Of a DNA stretch of 64,000 nucleotides, positions 10,441 through 18,738 are shown piece after piece. A model generated the notes under the pieces. It was not told the DNA's origin and ran no database searches. It saw nothing but the letters and a program-made list of their open reading frames with translations. Source of the DNA: an uncultured Candidatus Rokubacteria bacterium (GTDB taxonomy: Bacteria; Methylomirabilota; Methylomirabilia; Rokubacteriales; DASRDR01); assembly GCA_963708025.1 (NCBI GenBank), contig CAVPSB010000002.1:355930-419929 (forward strand). Direction: 5' to 3'. Position 1 is the first letter of the stretch. Each line of letters opens with the position of its first letter. A program made the translations under genes and the position numbers.

Positions 10441-10893
10441 TCAGGGTCGGGGACGACCTGATAGGCGACTCCCCCGCCCATGTAGACCGGCCGATAGAAG
10501 CCGCCCCCGCAGCTGAAGTACTGGACGCCGTTGACGACGACAGGGGGGCAGCCGGCCGGGAGGGCATAGACCACCGTGCCCACCATGACCGGAGGCGGAG
10601 CGGCGTAGACCACGGGCGGCGGCGCATAGACGACCGGCGGCGGGGCATACACGACCGCCGGCTGGGCGGCCGACGCCACCGCGGCGCCGGCCACCGCCCC
10701 CACCGCCACGCCGGCGACCGCGGCGCCGGCCACCGCCGCGCCGCCGTAGCAACAGCGGCTGTGATAGCAGCAGCGGTTGCCTCCGACGGCGACGGCGCCG
10801 TGATAGCCGCGCGCGGCGACCCAGGCGTGGGCCGGCGCCGCGATCGCTCCCAGGAGACGCCACGGTGACTGCGAGGAGCGTGAATCGCTTCAT
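10441..10893 (-). CDS. Exported Gly/Ala/Pro-rich protein (DUF6515-like), apparent compensating indels near 10855 and 10445
   Basis: Signal-peptide start MKRFTLLAVTVA shifts into ...AHAW..RCCYHSRCCY..GAAVAG repeats, VVYAPPP repeats and LPAGCPPVVVNGVQYFSCGGGFYRP. Confidence 0.6.
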   Translation of the reverse strand: MKRFTLLAVTVASPGSDRGAGPRLGRRARLSRRRRRRRQPLLLSQPLLLRRRGGGRRRGRRRGGGGGGRRRGGVGRPAGGRVCPAAGRLCAAARGLRRSASGHGGHGGLCPPGRLPPCRRQRRPVLQLRGRLLSAGLHGRGSRLSGRPRP

Positions 10894-10913
10894 GATGAGA
10901 CCTCTCCCGTCGT

Positions 10914-11723
10914 CTAGTTGCCCGGCGCGGCGGTCTTCAGCTCCACCTGCGTCGCCTTGGGCGGCTTGACGAAGACGAATTGACCCGCGGGAACGCTGAC
11001 GTTCAGCTTCCAGTCCGAGAAGATCGCGAGCATCCGCGGGGCCCCCGGCGCCTTCTTGTAGACGATCGCGAGCCGGCGGGGCAGCGGGCGCTTGCCGGCC
11101 TCGACCCATAGCTGCCAGTCGGCGTCGTCCTCGCCGAAGAGCAGGTGTCGGCAATCGACGCCGTCCACCTTCACCACCCCGAGATCGACGGCGGTGTTGA
11201 GGCCGTCCCGCATCTTGTCGTAGGGATCGGCCAGCAAGACCCCCGCCACCGGGAAGGAGGTTTGGAACTTCTCCATCAGCAGCATGAGCGTCTCGTCCGT
11301 GGTGGCCGGAGCGTCGATCTGTGAGAAGAAGCCCTGGGTTGGGTCGAAGAGCGATACCACCTTGCCGTCGTATCGCAAGATCGTGTTCCGGACGTCTCCC
11401 GCCACGTCGAGTCGCAGCTTGTTGGGTCGGGTGAGCGCCACCTTGACGTGATGGAAGAAGTCCACGATCTGACCGGTCTGCGCCACCTGCTCGTGCACCG
11501 TGCGGTACGTGAAGGTGAAGCTCTTGGCATTCTTGAGGAGGTCGCTCATCCGCTTGAGCGTGTCCAGCGCCGCCGGCTCGATGGGAGGCGCCTCTTGCGC
11601 CGCGACCGCCGGCGGGGTCTGTCCGGCCTGAGACTGGGCGGCGGCGGATCCGACCCACAGCAGGGCCAGCGCCAGCCCACAGAGAAACATCGCGGTGAGC
11701 GATCTCGAGGCCTTCAGGTCCAT
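10914..11723 (-). CDS. DUF2092 domain periplasmic protein (LolA-like fold)
   Basis: Signal peptide; LKRMSDLLK..SFTF, RPNKLR, YDGK, CRHLLF, DWQLWVEAG..PLPRRLAI, FSDW. Confidence 0.8.
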   Translation of the reverse strand: MDLKASRSLTAMFLCGLALALLWVGSAAAQSQAGQTPPAVAAQEAPPIEPAALDTLKRMSDLLKNAKSFTFTYRTVHEQVAQTGQIVDFFHHVKVALTRPNKLRLDVAGDVRNTILRYDGKVVSLFDPTQGFFSQIDAPATTDETLMLLMEKFQTSFPVAGVLLADPYDKMRDGLNTAVDLGVVKVDGVDCRHLLFGEDDADWQLWVEAGKRPLPRRLAIVYKKAPGAPRMLAIFSDWKLNVSVPAGQFVFVKPPKATQVELKTAAPGN

Positions 11724-11976
11724 CGTCTCCGCTCCAGTCGGCGAGGAATGCACGCCCTCCCGGCCCCATTTTAATCCTGGACCGCCTCGGGCGAGCCGTC
11801 AAGCCCTTAAGGGTGTCCGTGGTGGTTGCGGGCCGGAAGACGACGCGCCTGTCCCTCGACTCGCTCACTACGGCGGCGACAGGGTTGACCCGGGGCCGCC
11901 GCTCGCCGCACAGTAGCGTGAGCCGGGGACGTGTGGGAGCGGTGAACGCCCGAAGGATCGAGCAAGGGGGTGGGCG

Positions 11977-12966
11977 ATGGCGCAGGCCCGCGCGATGAGC
12001 TACGAGGTCGTCGAGGGCTGGGAGCAGCTTCCCGGCGGATACGCGCACCGCGATGTCGCGGGGGTGGCGGTCAACGCCGAGGATCGGGTCTTCCTGATCT
12101 GCCGCGGCGATCACCCGATCATCGTCTACGACCAGAAGGGCAGCTTCGTGGGCTCCTGGGGCGAGGGCGAGTTCACCTACCGGACCCATGGCATCACGGT
12201 CGGCCCGGACGGCATGCTCTACTGCACGGACGACGGCAACCACACCGTGCGGAAGTTCACGCCGGGCGGCAAGCTGCTGATGACCCTGGGGACCATGAAC
12301 ACGCCGGCGGCCACCGGCTACGACGGCAAGGACTACCTGACCATCGCGCGGCCCGCCGGGCCGTTCAATCGGCCGACGAACCTCGCGGTCGGGCCGACGG
12401 GGGACCTCTACGTCTCCGACGGCTACGGCAACTGCCGGGTCCACCAGTTCTCCCCGACCGGTGAGCTGAGGCGGTCCTGGGGCGCCCCGGGCACCGGCCC
12501 CGGCCAGTTTCACGTGCCGCACGGCATCGCCGCCGCGGCGGACGGGCGCGTCTTCGTCTGTGACCGCGAGAACGACCGGATCCAGATCTTCAGCCCGGAC
12601 GGCGAGTACCTCGGCGAGTGGACCGACACCCAGCGGCCCACGCACCTCGTGTTCGACGCGGAAGGTCGGGCCTACGTCTCCGAGCTGTGGTGGCACAAGG
12701 GCCAGACGTCGCGACGCCACGGACCCATCCAGGAAGCGAGGCCCGGCCGGGTCAGCGTGTACGACAAGGAGGGTCGGGTCCTGGTGCGCTGGGGCAGCGC
12801 GGATGCCTGCGCGCCGGGCAGCTTCGCCGCGCCGCATGGTCTGGCCGTGGACTCGCGAGGCGACGTCTACGTGAGCGAGGTGACCTGGACGTTCGCCGTG
12901 AGCCGAGGGCACGTCCCGGAGGGCTGCCACACGTTCCAGAAATTCGCGCTGAAGCCCGCGCCATGA
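11977..12966 (+). CDS. NHL-repeat beta-propeller (peptidyl-alpha-hydroxyglycine alpha-amidating lyase family)
   Basis: FNRPTNLAV, VSDGYGNCRVHQF, FHVPHGIA, VCDRENDRIQIF, APHGLAVDSRGDVYV. Confidence 0.85.
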   Translation: MAQARAMSYEVVEGWEQLPGGYAHRDVAGVAVNAEDRVFLICRGDHPIIVYDQKGSFVGSWGEGEFTYRTHGITVGPDGMLYCTDDGNHTVRKFTPGGKLLMTLGTMNTPAATGYDGKDYLTIARPAGPFNRPTNLAVGPTGDLYVSDGYGNCRVHQFSPTGELRRSWGAPGTGPGQFHVPHGIAAAADGRVFVCDRENDRIQIFSPDGEYLGEWTDTQRPTHLVFDAEGRAYVSELWWHKGQTSRRHGPIQEARPGRVSVYDKEGRVLVRWGSADACAPGSFAAPHGLAVDSRGDVYVSEVTWTFAVSRGHVPEGCHTFQKFALKPAP

Positions 12967-13448
12967 CCGAGCTGGCGACGATGGCCGCGTCGCTGGGGGC
13001 GCTGCTCAAGCGGAGGCAGGAGACCCTGGCCGTCGCGGAGTCGTCGGCGGGCGGATTGATCTCGGCGGCGCTCCTGGCCGTCCCCGGCGCCTCCGCCTAC
13101 TTCCTCGGCGGAGGGGTGATCTACACGCAGGCGGCGCGGCGCGCGCTGCTGCGGCTAGAGGACGAGTCGCTGGCGGGGATCCGGGCGAGCACCGAGGCGT
13201 ACGCGCTCCTGAAAGCGCGGCGGATTCGCGAGCTGCTGGGCGCGACGTGGGGATTGGCCGAGACGGGTGCGAGCGGGCCGGCGGGCAACCGGTACGGCGA
13301 CGCGGCGGGCCACGCCTGCCTCGCGGTGGCGGGACCGGTCGAGCGCGCGATCACGCTGGAGACCGGGCATTCCGATCGGGAGAAGAACATGTGGACGTTC
13401 ACGCGCGCCGCGCTGGAGCTGCTGGCGACGTCGCTGCCGAAGCCATAG
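12963..13448 (+). CDS. CinA C-terminal / PncC-like amidohydrolase family protein
   Basis: LAVAESSAGGLISAALLAVPGASAYFLGG, AETGASGP; ATGA-type overlap with the upstream stop. Confidence 0.85.
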   Translation: MTELATMAASLGALLKRRQETLAVAESSAGGLISAALLAVPGASAYFLGGGVIYTQAARRALLRLEDESLAGIRASTEAYALLKARRIRELLGATWGLAETGASGPAGNRYGDAAGHACLAVAGPVERAITLETGHSDREKNMWTFTRAALELLATSLPKP

Positions 13449-13480
13449 CCCGGGGCGGACCGGTGACATGGAGGCCATCC

Positions 13481-14467
13481 ATGCAACCCAGGCGAGCGTT
13501 CCTGAGTCGGGCCGCGGCCGCGCTGGTCGGCGGGGTGGTCGCCCGTGGCGGGTCGGCGGCGATGCTCCCCGTCCTGGTCGTGTACGACCCGATCTTCCTC
13601 GAGCACCGCGCCGAGGGGCACCCCGAGCGCCCGGAGCGCCTGACCGCCATCATGCGGGCGCTGGCGACGCTGCCGGGCCTGCGACGGCTCGCACCGCGGG
13701 CCGCGACGCCGGCCGAGCTGGAGCTGGTCCACACCGCGGCCCACGTCGAGCGCATGCGGGCGCTGTCGGCGTCCGGGGGCGGCCCGGTGGACGCCGATAC
13801 CTACGTGACGCCGCGCACCTTCGAGGCGGCCCGGCACGCGGTCGGCGCGCTACTCGCCGCCGTCGACGAGATCGCGGCCGGGCGTGCACGGAACGCGTTC
13901 TGCGCGGTGCGTCCGCCCGGGCACCACGCGACGCGCGATCGCGCGATGGGGTTCTGCATCTTCAACCAGGTCGCGGCGGCCGCCCGGTACGTCCAGGCGC
14001 GGACCCCCTGGAAGAAGATCCTGATCGTCGACTTCGACGTCCACCACGGCAACGGGACCCAGGACATCTTCTATCGTGACGACTCGGTGTTCTACCTGTC
14101 GGTCCACCGGGCGCCGTTCTACCCGGGGACCGGCGCCGCGTCCGAGCGGGGTAGTGGGACGACCCTCAACCTGCCGTTCCCCCTGGGCACGCCCCGGGCC
14201 GAGATCCTGGGCGCCTACGAGACCGCCGTGCGCCGGGTCGGGCGGGAGTTCGGACCCGACTTCGTCCTGGTCTCCGCGGGATTCGACGCCTACCGGGACG
14301 ACCCCATCGGGGGACTGGGGTACGAGGTCGACGACTATCGCCGGCTGATGGAGGTGGTGGTCGCGGTGGCGCCGCCCGGCCGGGTCGTCTCTACGCTCGA
14401 GGGCGGGTACAGCCTCGATGCGCTAGGGGCCTGCGTGGCCGCCCACCTGGCGCCGATGCTCCGGTAG
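13481..14467 (+). CDS. Histone deacetylase / acetylpolyamine amidohydrolase family protein with putative Tat signal
   Basis: HPERPERL, RPPGHHA, MGFCIFN, DFDVHHGNGTQ, SAGFDA, LEGGY; N-terminus MQPRRAFL plus hydrophobic stretch; GGAGG RBS. Confidence 0.9.
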   Translation: MQPRRAFLSRAAAALVGGVVARGGSAAMLPVLVVYDPIFLEHRAEGHPERPERLTAIMRALATLPGLRRLAPRAATPAELELVHTAAHVERMRALSASGGGPVDADTYVTPRTFEAARHAVGALLAAVDEIAAGRARNAFCAVRPPGHHATRDRAMGFCIFNQVAAAARYVQARTPWKKILIVDFDVHHGNGTQDIFYRDDSVFYLSVHRAPFYPGTGAASERGSGTTLNLPFPLGTPRAEILGAYETAVRRVGREFGPDFVLVSAGFDAYRDDPIGGLGYEVDDYRRLMEVVVAVAPPGRVVSTLEGGYSLDALGACVAAHLAPMLR

Positions 14468-14483
14468 GCCGCGCTGGCCGGGG

Positions 14484-14912
14484 TCACGACCAGTCGCCGG
14501 GCCTGGTGCGAAGGCGCTTCACCACGCTTCGTTGCTTCTTGCCGGCGATCCGCTGCTCGCGTGAACTGCGGGTCGGACGGGTGGCGCGGCGGGGCTTGGG
14601 CCGGATCAGCGCGGCGGCGATCAGCTCCCGCACCTTGGCGCGGCAGTCGTCGAGGTTCTGAGATTGGGTACGAGCCACCTGGCTCGTCACGACGAGACGG
14701 CCGTCGCCGTCGAGGCGATGAGAGGCGAGAGCGAGGAGGCGGCGGCGCGGCGCTTCGCTCAACCCCTCGATCGCGCCCAGGTCCACGCGAAGATCAACCT
14801 TCGTGGCAACCTTGTTCACGTTCTGGCCGCCGGGACCGGAGGCGCGTGCAGCACGGAGGGTGATGGCTCTCGCCGGCACCCGCACGGTCTCGCTCACGAC
14901 AATCGAGTTCAC
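14484..14912 (-). CDS. arfB: Alternative ribosome-rescue peptidyl-tRNA hydrolase
   Basis: ASGPGGQNVNKVATKV GGQ motif, RTQSQN, basic tail PKPRRATRPTRSSREQRIAGKKQRS. Confidence 0.92.
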   Translation of the reverse strand: MNSIVVSETVRVPARAITLRAARASGPGGQNVNKVATKVDLRVDLGAIEGLSEAPRRRLLALASHRLDGDGRLVVTSQVARTQSQNLDDCRAKVRELIAAALIRPKPRRATRPTRSSREQRIAGKKQRSVVKRLRTRPGDWS

Positions 14913-14937
14913 CACCTCATTCCAGCGAGAGCCGGGT

Positions 14938-15123
14938 TCACGCCTCGTACTCCTGGGTGATCTGGAGCCGCACGTCATCCTCGTCGATGACCAGGGCGAT
15001 GAGGTTGGGCCGGCAGCAGACCGAGCAATCCTCGGTGAAGGTCTGGCGACGGCCCGCGCTCCGGTCGACGACGATGTCGTTCTCCTCACCGCAGAACGCG
15101 CAGTGGTACGTCACGGTCCCCAT
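14938..15123 (-). CDS. CPXCG-motif cysteine-rich small zinc-binding protein
   Basis: CAFCGEEN..VD.S.G..QTFTEDCSVCCRPN. Confidence 0.85.
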   Translation of the reverse strand: MGTVTYHCAFCGEENDIVVDRSAGRRQTFTEDCSVCCRPNLIALVIDEDDVRLQITQEYEA

Positions 15124-15504
15124 TCTATGCTGAGAATGCCGGCAGGCAGACTTCCCGTCATCGAGGAGTCTGATCCAGGGGGCCATCGATCGAGTGTGTC
15201 GGTACGGGGTCGAGCCAGCCCCCGAGAATCGCCCGATCCCCCGATCCGAGGATGCCGCTGGACGTTGCCCAGCCTCGAGCCCACCTGATCTGATCCGCTC
15301 GAGATCGCGGAATCAGGCCCCATGCGCGGCCGGCATCGAGTATACTGGAATCCGCAGATGAGGGCTCGGGGCCTCGTCTGCAGACGACCTTCCGAGTGTC
15401 CGTTGTCCGCCTGGGTCCTCGGTATCCGAAGAGTTCTCGCGGGGTTAGCCTTTCGTCGCGCTCGTCGTCCGGCGAATGGCCGGCAGGCTGGCGGGGGAGA
15501 GCAA

Positions 15505-15735
15505 ATGTTGAGAGCGAAGCGCAAGAAGGCCGTACTTCCCAAACCCGTGGATCCGGTAGAATGCGCGCCAGCTGATCGGGCTGGACTGATCGGCGCCTAC
15601 AAGGCCGGTCTGATCGTGGCATGGAAGCGCGATGCCGAGCGTGGGTACCGCTTGACGTTCGCCGGTCGACCGGACGAGTACGTGGAGGTCACGAGGCTCA
15701 CCCGGTATCTCGAGAGACTCAACGGCGCGGCGTGA
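15505..15735 (+). CDS. Small hypothetical protein (76 aa)
   Basis: ATG behind GGGGGAGAG RBS; normal composition MLRAKRKKAVLPKPVDP...LERLNGAA. Confidence 0.55.
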   Translation: MLRAKRKKAVLPKPVDPVECAPADRAGLIGAYKAGLIVAWKRDAERGYRLTFAGRPDEYVEVTRLTRYLERLNGAA

Positions 15736-15798
15736 CCGCGCCGAGGGATATCCCGAGCGCCCGCAGCGCCTGAGGCAGAACCGGCCCGGCCGAGCCCG

Positions 15799-16194
15799 CT
15801 ACACCACCGCGATCGCCTCGATCTCGATCAGCCAGTCCGGGTGCGCGAGCGCCGGCACCTGGATCAGCGTGGACGCCGGCCCCTTCTTTCCGAAGAACTC
15901 CTCGCGAACAGAGGCGAGGTCGGGGCGGTACCGCACGTCGAGCACGTAGGTGTTGAGCTTGACGACGTTCGCCAGCGTGCCGCCCTGGGCCTCCACCAGC
16001 GCCTGGATGGCCTTGAAGGCCTCCCGGGCCTGGCCCTTGACGTCGCCACGGTGTGCCACGCCGCCGTCCTTGTCGTAGGCCACCTGCCCCGAGATGAACA
16101 GCACACTCTGGGCGCCGGAGACCTTGATCGCCTGCGTGTAGGTCGGGGGATCGAAGACGCCCGGCGCGTTGTAGCGCTCGATGCTCGCTGCCAT
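15799..16194 (-). CDS. RidA/YjgF/UK114 family protein
   Basis: YTQAI, LFISGQV, NVVKLNTYV, PASTLIQVPALAHPDWLIEIEAIA. Confidence 0.9.
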   Translation of the reverse strand: MAASIERYNAPGVFDPPTYTQAIKVSGAQSVLFISGQVAYDKDGGVAHRGDVKGQAREAFKAIQALVEAQGGTLANVVKLNTYVLDVRYRPDLASVREEFFGKKGPASTLIQVPALAHPDWLIEIEAIAVV

Positions 16195-16251
16195 GATGCT
16201 CCTCTCCGTCGGGGGTGGACGTCCGAACGTGGGCTCGACTCGATGCGCGCG

Positions 16252-16281
16252 ACTTTAGGCCCCGACCCGACGGCGTGTCAA
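16252..16281 (-). promoter_or_regulatory. Putative sigma70 promoter of the ridA-family gene
   Basis: TTGACA-N18-TAAAGT on the minus strand about 60 nt upstream of the start. Confidence 0.4.
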
Positions 16282-16341
16282 GCGACCCCGCCGTTTGATA
16301 AGCTGAGGTGACTGATCCGGGACAAGGGAGGCGAGGAAGCC

Positions 16342-17457
16342 ATGTACTTCAAGCAGATCTTGAACGAGGACTGTGGTTGCGCGTCCTACATCGTCGCCTC
16401 GCGCAGCTCCCACGAGTGTGCCGTGATCGATCCGGCGCTGGACATCCAAGCCTACCTGGACGTCATGAGAGACCGCAGCATGACGCTCCGTTACGTCATC
16501 GACACGCACCTCCACGCGGACCACGTGTCCGGTAGCCGTCGCCTGGCGGGCGAGACGGGGGTGCCCGTCTCGCTGCACGAGGCGGCCGACGTGCTGTTCC
16601 CCTTCGAAAAGCTCCGCGATCGGCAGAAGCTCGAGCTCGGTCCGGTGGTGCTGGAAGTGTGGCACACGCCAGGCCACCGTCCCGAGTCGCTGTCTCTGCT
16701 CATCACCAACCCGCCGCGCAGCCCGCAGCCGTCGATGGTGCTGACCGGTGACTGCCTCTTCGTGGGCGACGTGGGGCGGCCGGACTTCGGCGGGCCGGAG
16801 GCCGCCGCCCAGCAATTCGACAGCAACCGGCGGTTGCTCGGGCTCGAGGACTACGTGGAGGTGTTCCCGGCCCACTTCGAGGGGTCGTGCGGGCGCGGCA
16901 TGTGTGGCCGGCCGAGCTCGACCATCGGCTTCGAGCGCCGCTTCAACCCGATGCTGCTCCTCCCCACCAAGGAAGCGTTCGTGCGCGAGCTGACCTCGTC
17001 TCGTCCGCCGAAGCCCCTGAACATGGAGGCCATCATCGCCACGAACCGGGGCGCGGCGCCGATGAGCTGGGCGATGCTGCGCCACCCGCTGGCCCACGTG
17101 CCGGACGTGACGATCGATCAGGCCCGGCCCAAGATGGATCGCGGCGAATGGTGGCCGCTGGACGTGCGGGAGGACGAGGAGTGGCAGCGCTTGCACATCC
17201 CCGGGGCCCATCACATCCCGCAGTCACAGCTGGCCTCGCGGCTGTCGGAGATTCCCAGCAGTTGCGTGCCGCTGGTAATCTGCCACAGCGGCGTGCGCTC
17301 GCACCGCGCGGCTCAGTTCCTCAAGCAGACCGACTTCCCCCTGGTCTACAGCCTGGCCGGCGGCACCGCGGGCTGGCACCAGGCCGGCTTGCCGGTGGTC
17401 AGCGGGGATACATCGCAGACCAGCGTCCGGCTGACGGACATCGTCGGCCCGCACTGA
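16342..17457 (+). CDS. MBL-fold hydrolase/persulfide dioxygenase-rhodanese fusion
   Basis: DTHLHADHVSG, HTPGHRPE, LTGDCLFVGDVGRPD, PAH; C-terminal rhodanese LDVRE..EW...HIPGA..ICHSGVRS..LAGGT. Confidence 0.88.
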   Translation: MYFKQILNEDCGCASYIVASRSSHECAVIDPALDIQAYLDVMRDRSMTLRYVIDTHLHADHVSGSRRLAGETGVPVSLHEAADVLFPFEKLRDRQKLELGPVVLEVWHTPGHRPESLSLLITNPPRSPQPSMVLTGDCLFVGDVGRPDFGGPEAAAQQFDSNRRLLGLEDYVEVFPAHFEGSCGRGMCGRPSSTIGFERRFNPMLLLPTKEAFVRELTSSRPPKPLNMEAIIATNRGAAPMSWAMLRHPLAHVPDVTIDQARPKMDRGEWWPLDVREDEEWQRLHIPGAHHIPQSQLASRLSEIPSSCVPLVICHSGVRSHRAAQFLKQTDFPLVYSLAGGTAGWHQAGLPVVSGDTSQTSVRLTDIVGPH

Positions 17458-17489
17458 GGCGTGGGCGTCTGTCCTCGAGGGGCCTCAGT

Positions 17490-17622
17490 TCGGGACCTCC
17501 CGCCCACCCGATCCTTCGACGGCCTTCGGCCTTTGGCCCCCCTCCCCCACCGTTCGACGGCCTTCGGCCTGTGGCTGGGGGCAGGGGGGAGCCGGAGAAC
17601 CCCACTCCTTCACACGCTCTCA
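17490..17622 (-). repeat. Intergenic repeat copy C (long form)
   Basis: Reverse complement closely matches 5707-5840; begins at the TGA of fae. Confidence 0.85.
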
Positions 17623-18177
17623 GATCTTGCCCTCCAGTCCCATCTGGAAGTACCGGTGCACGATCTTGTCCTGGTTCTCCAGGAGCCAGTCGATGGATGG
17701 CTCGTGGTGCATGGCCTTGTTGATCGCCTTGGCCATGCCCTTCCGGTGGATGTCGAACAGCACCCGATGGTCGAGGTTCGGGACGTCCACGATGCCGGGC
17801 GCGAGCCATACCGCGCAGATGATGCCGAGCTCGTTGACCTGGCTCTTCGGCAGGTCGCCCGCCCGCACCGCGTCCAGGACCCCGTGCGCGATCGCCGCCT
17901 GCACGGTGCCGAGGAGGATGTTCGTGTACTTGGTGGCCTTCTCGCCTCCCACGGTGACCTTGCTGACCATCAGGGTGGCCGGGCGCACCTGGACGTCGGT
18001 GTTGAGGAGCGCGAAGACGCGCGAGTGTCCCTTGACCTGATCGCCGAGCAGGGTGGCCATCGCGGCGCCGATCGGGCCGTCGAGGGCGCCGATCGCGATC
18101 TCGGGCTCGGCCGCCGTCCCCGGCGGTCCGCCGGTCACCAGTGCCTCGCCGAATCGCAGGACGATGCGTTCCGTCAT
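17620..18177 (-). CDS. fae: Formaldehyde-activating enzyme family protein
   Basis: GEALV..., DGPIGAAMATLL, GH..VFALLN...VRPATLMVSKVT, GTVQAAIAHGVLDAVRAG.LPK, EPSIDWLL. Confidence 0.8.
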   Translation of the reverse strand: MTERIVLRFGEALVTGGPPGTAAEPEIAIGALDGPIGAAMATLLGDQVKGHSRVFALLNTDVQVRPATLMVSKVTVGGEKATKYTNILLGTVQAAIAHGVLDAVRAGDLPKSQVNELGIICAVWLAPGIVDVPNLDHRVLFDIHRKGMAKAINKAMHHEPSIDWLLENQDKIVHRYFQMGLEGKI

Positions 18178-18202
18178 GTTCAGCCCTCCCTTCCCGGCGC
18201 GG

Positions 18203-18559
18203 TTACCTGGGTTTGAACTCCTTGAGTGGCCGCACCTCGATGCATCCCAGGCGCGCCGGTGGCATCTTCGAAGCCACCCGGATGGCGTCGTTCAAGTCCG
18301 GGGCCTCGATGAGGTAGAACCCGCCCAGCTGCTCCTTCGTCTCGGCGAAGGGACCGTCGGTGATCGAGACCTTGCCGTTCCGGACCCGTATGGTCGTGGC
18401 CGTCCGAACGGGTTCCAGGGGGGACGAGGTGATGTAGTGGCCGCTCTTCCGCAGCTCCTCGCGGTAGTCGAGAACCTCGTCCACGATGGTGTCGTACTCG
18501 CGCTCGGGCAGCGCGTCAACCTTCGTCTCCTCATGGTAGACCAGGCACAGGTATTTCAT
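18203..18559 (-). CDS. YciI/DGPF family protein
   Basis: MKYLCLVY, ATTIRVRNG..SITDGPFAETKEQLGGFYLI, IEVRP. Confidence 0.9.
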   Translation of the reverse strand: MKYLCLVYHEETKVDALPEREYDTIVDEVLDYREELRKSGHYITSSPLEPVRTATTIRVRNGKVSITDGPFAETKEQLGGFYLIEAPDLNDAIRVASKMPPARLGCIEVRPLKEFKPR

Positions 18560-18608
18560 CGTTCCCTCCAAATCATCGGTCTCGCCCCGAGGCACCATGC
18601 GTTGGCCC

Positions 18609-18636
18609 ATGATACCCATCCCCCCCCGGGGGTCAA
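18609..18636 (-). promoter_or_regulatory. Putative sigma70 promoter for yciI-fae
   Basis: TTGACC-N16-TATCAT on the minus strand (spacer contains a homopolymer of uncertain length). Confidence 0.45.
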
Positions 18637-18738
18637 TCCGTGACGAGAGCACACACAGACCCGCGTCATTGACCCACCTCGTCCCGCGTGCCAGAATTCA
18701 ATCGACCTCGTATCGTGGGCAGCGGATAGACCCCCGGC

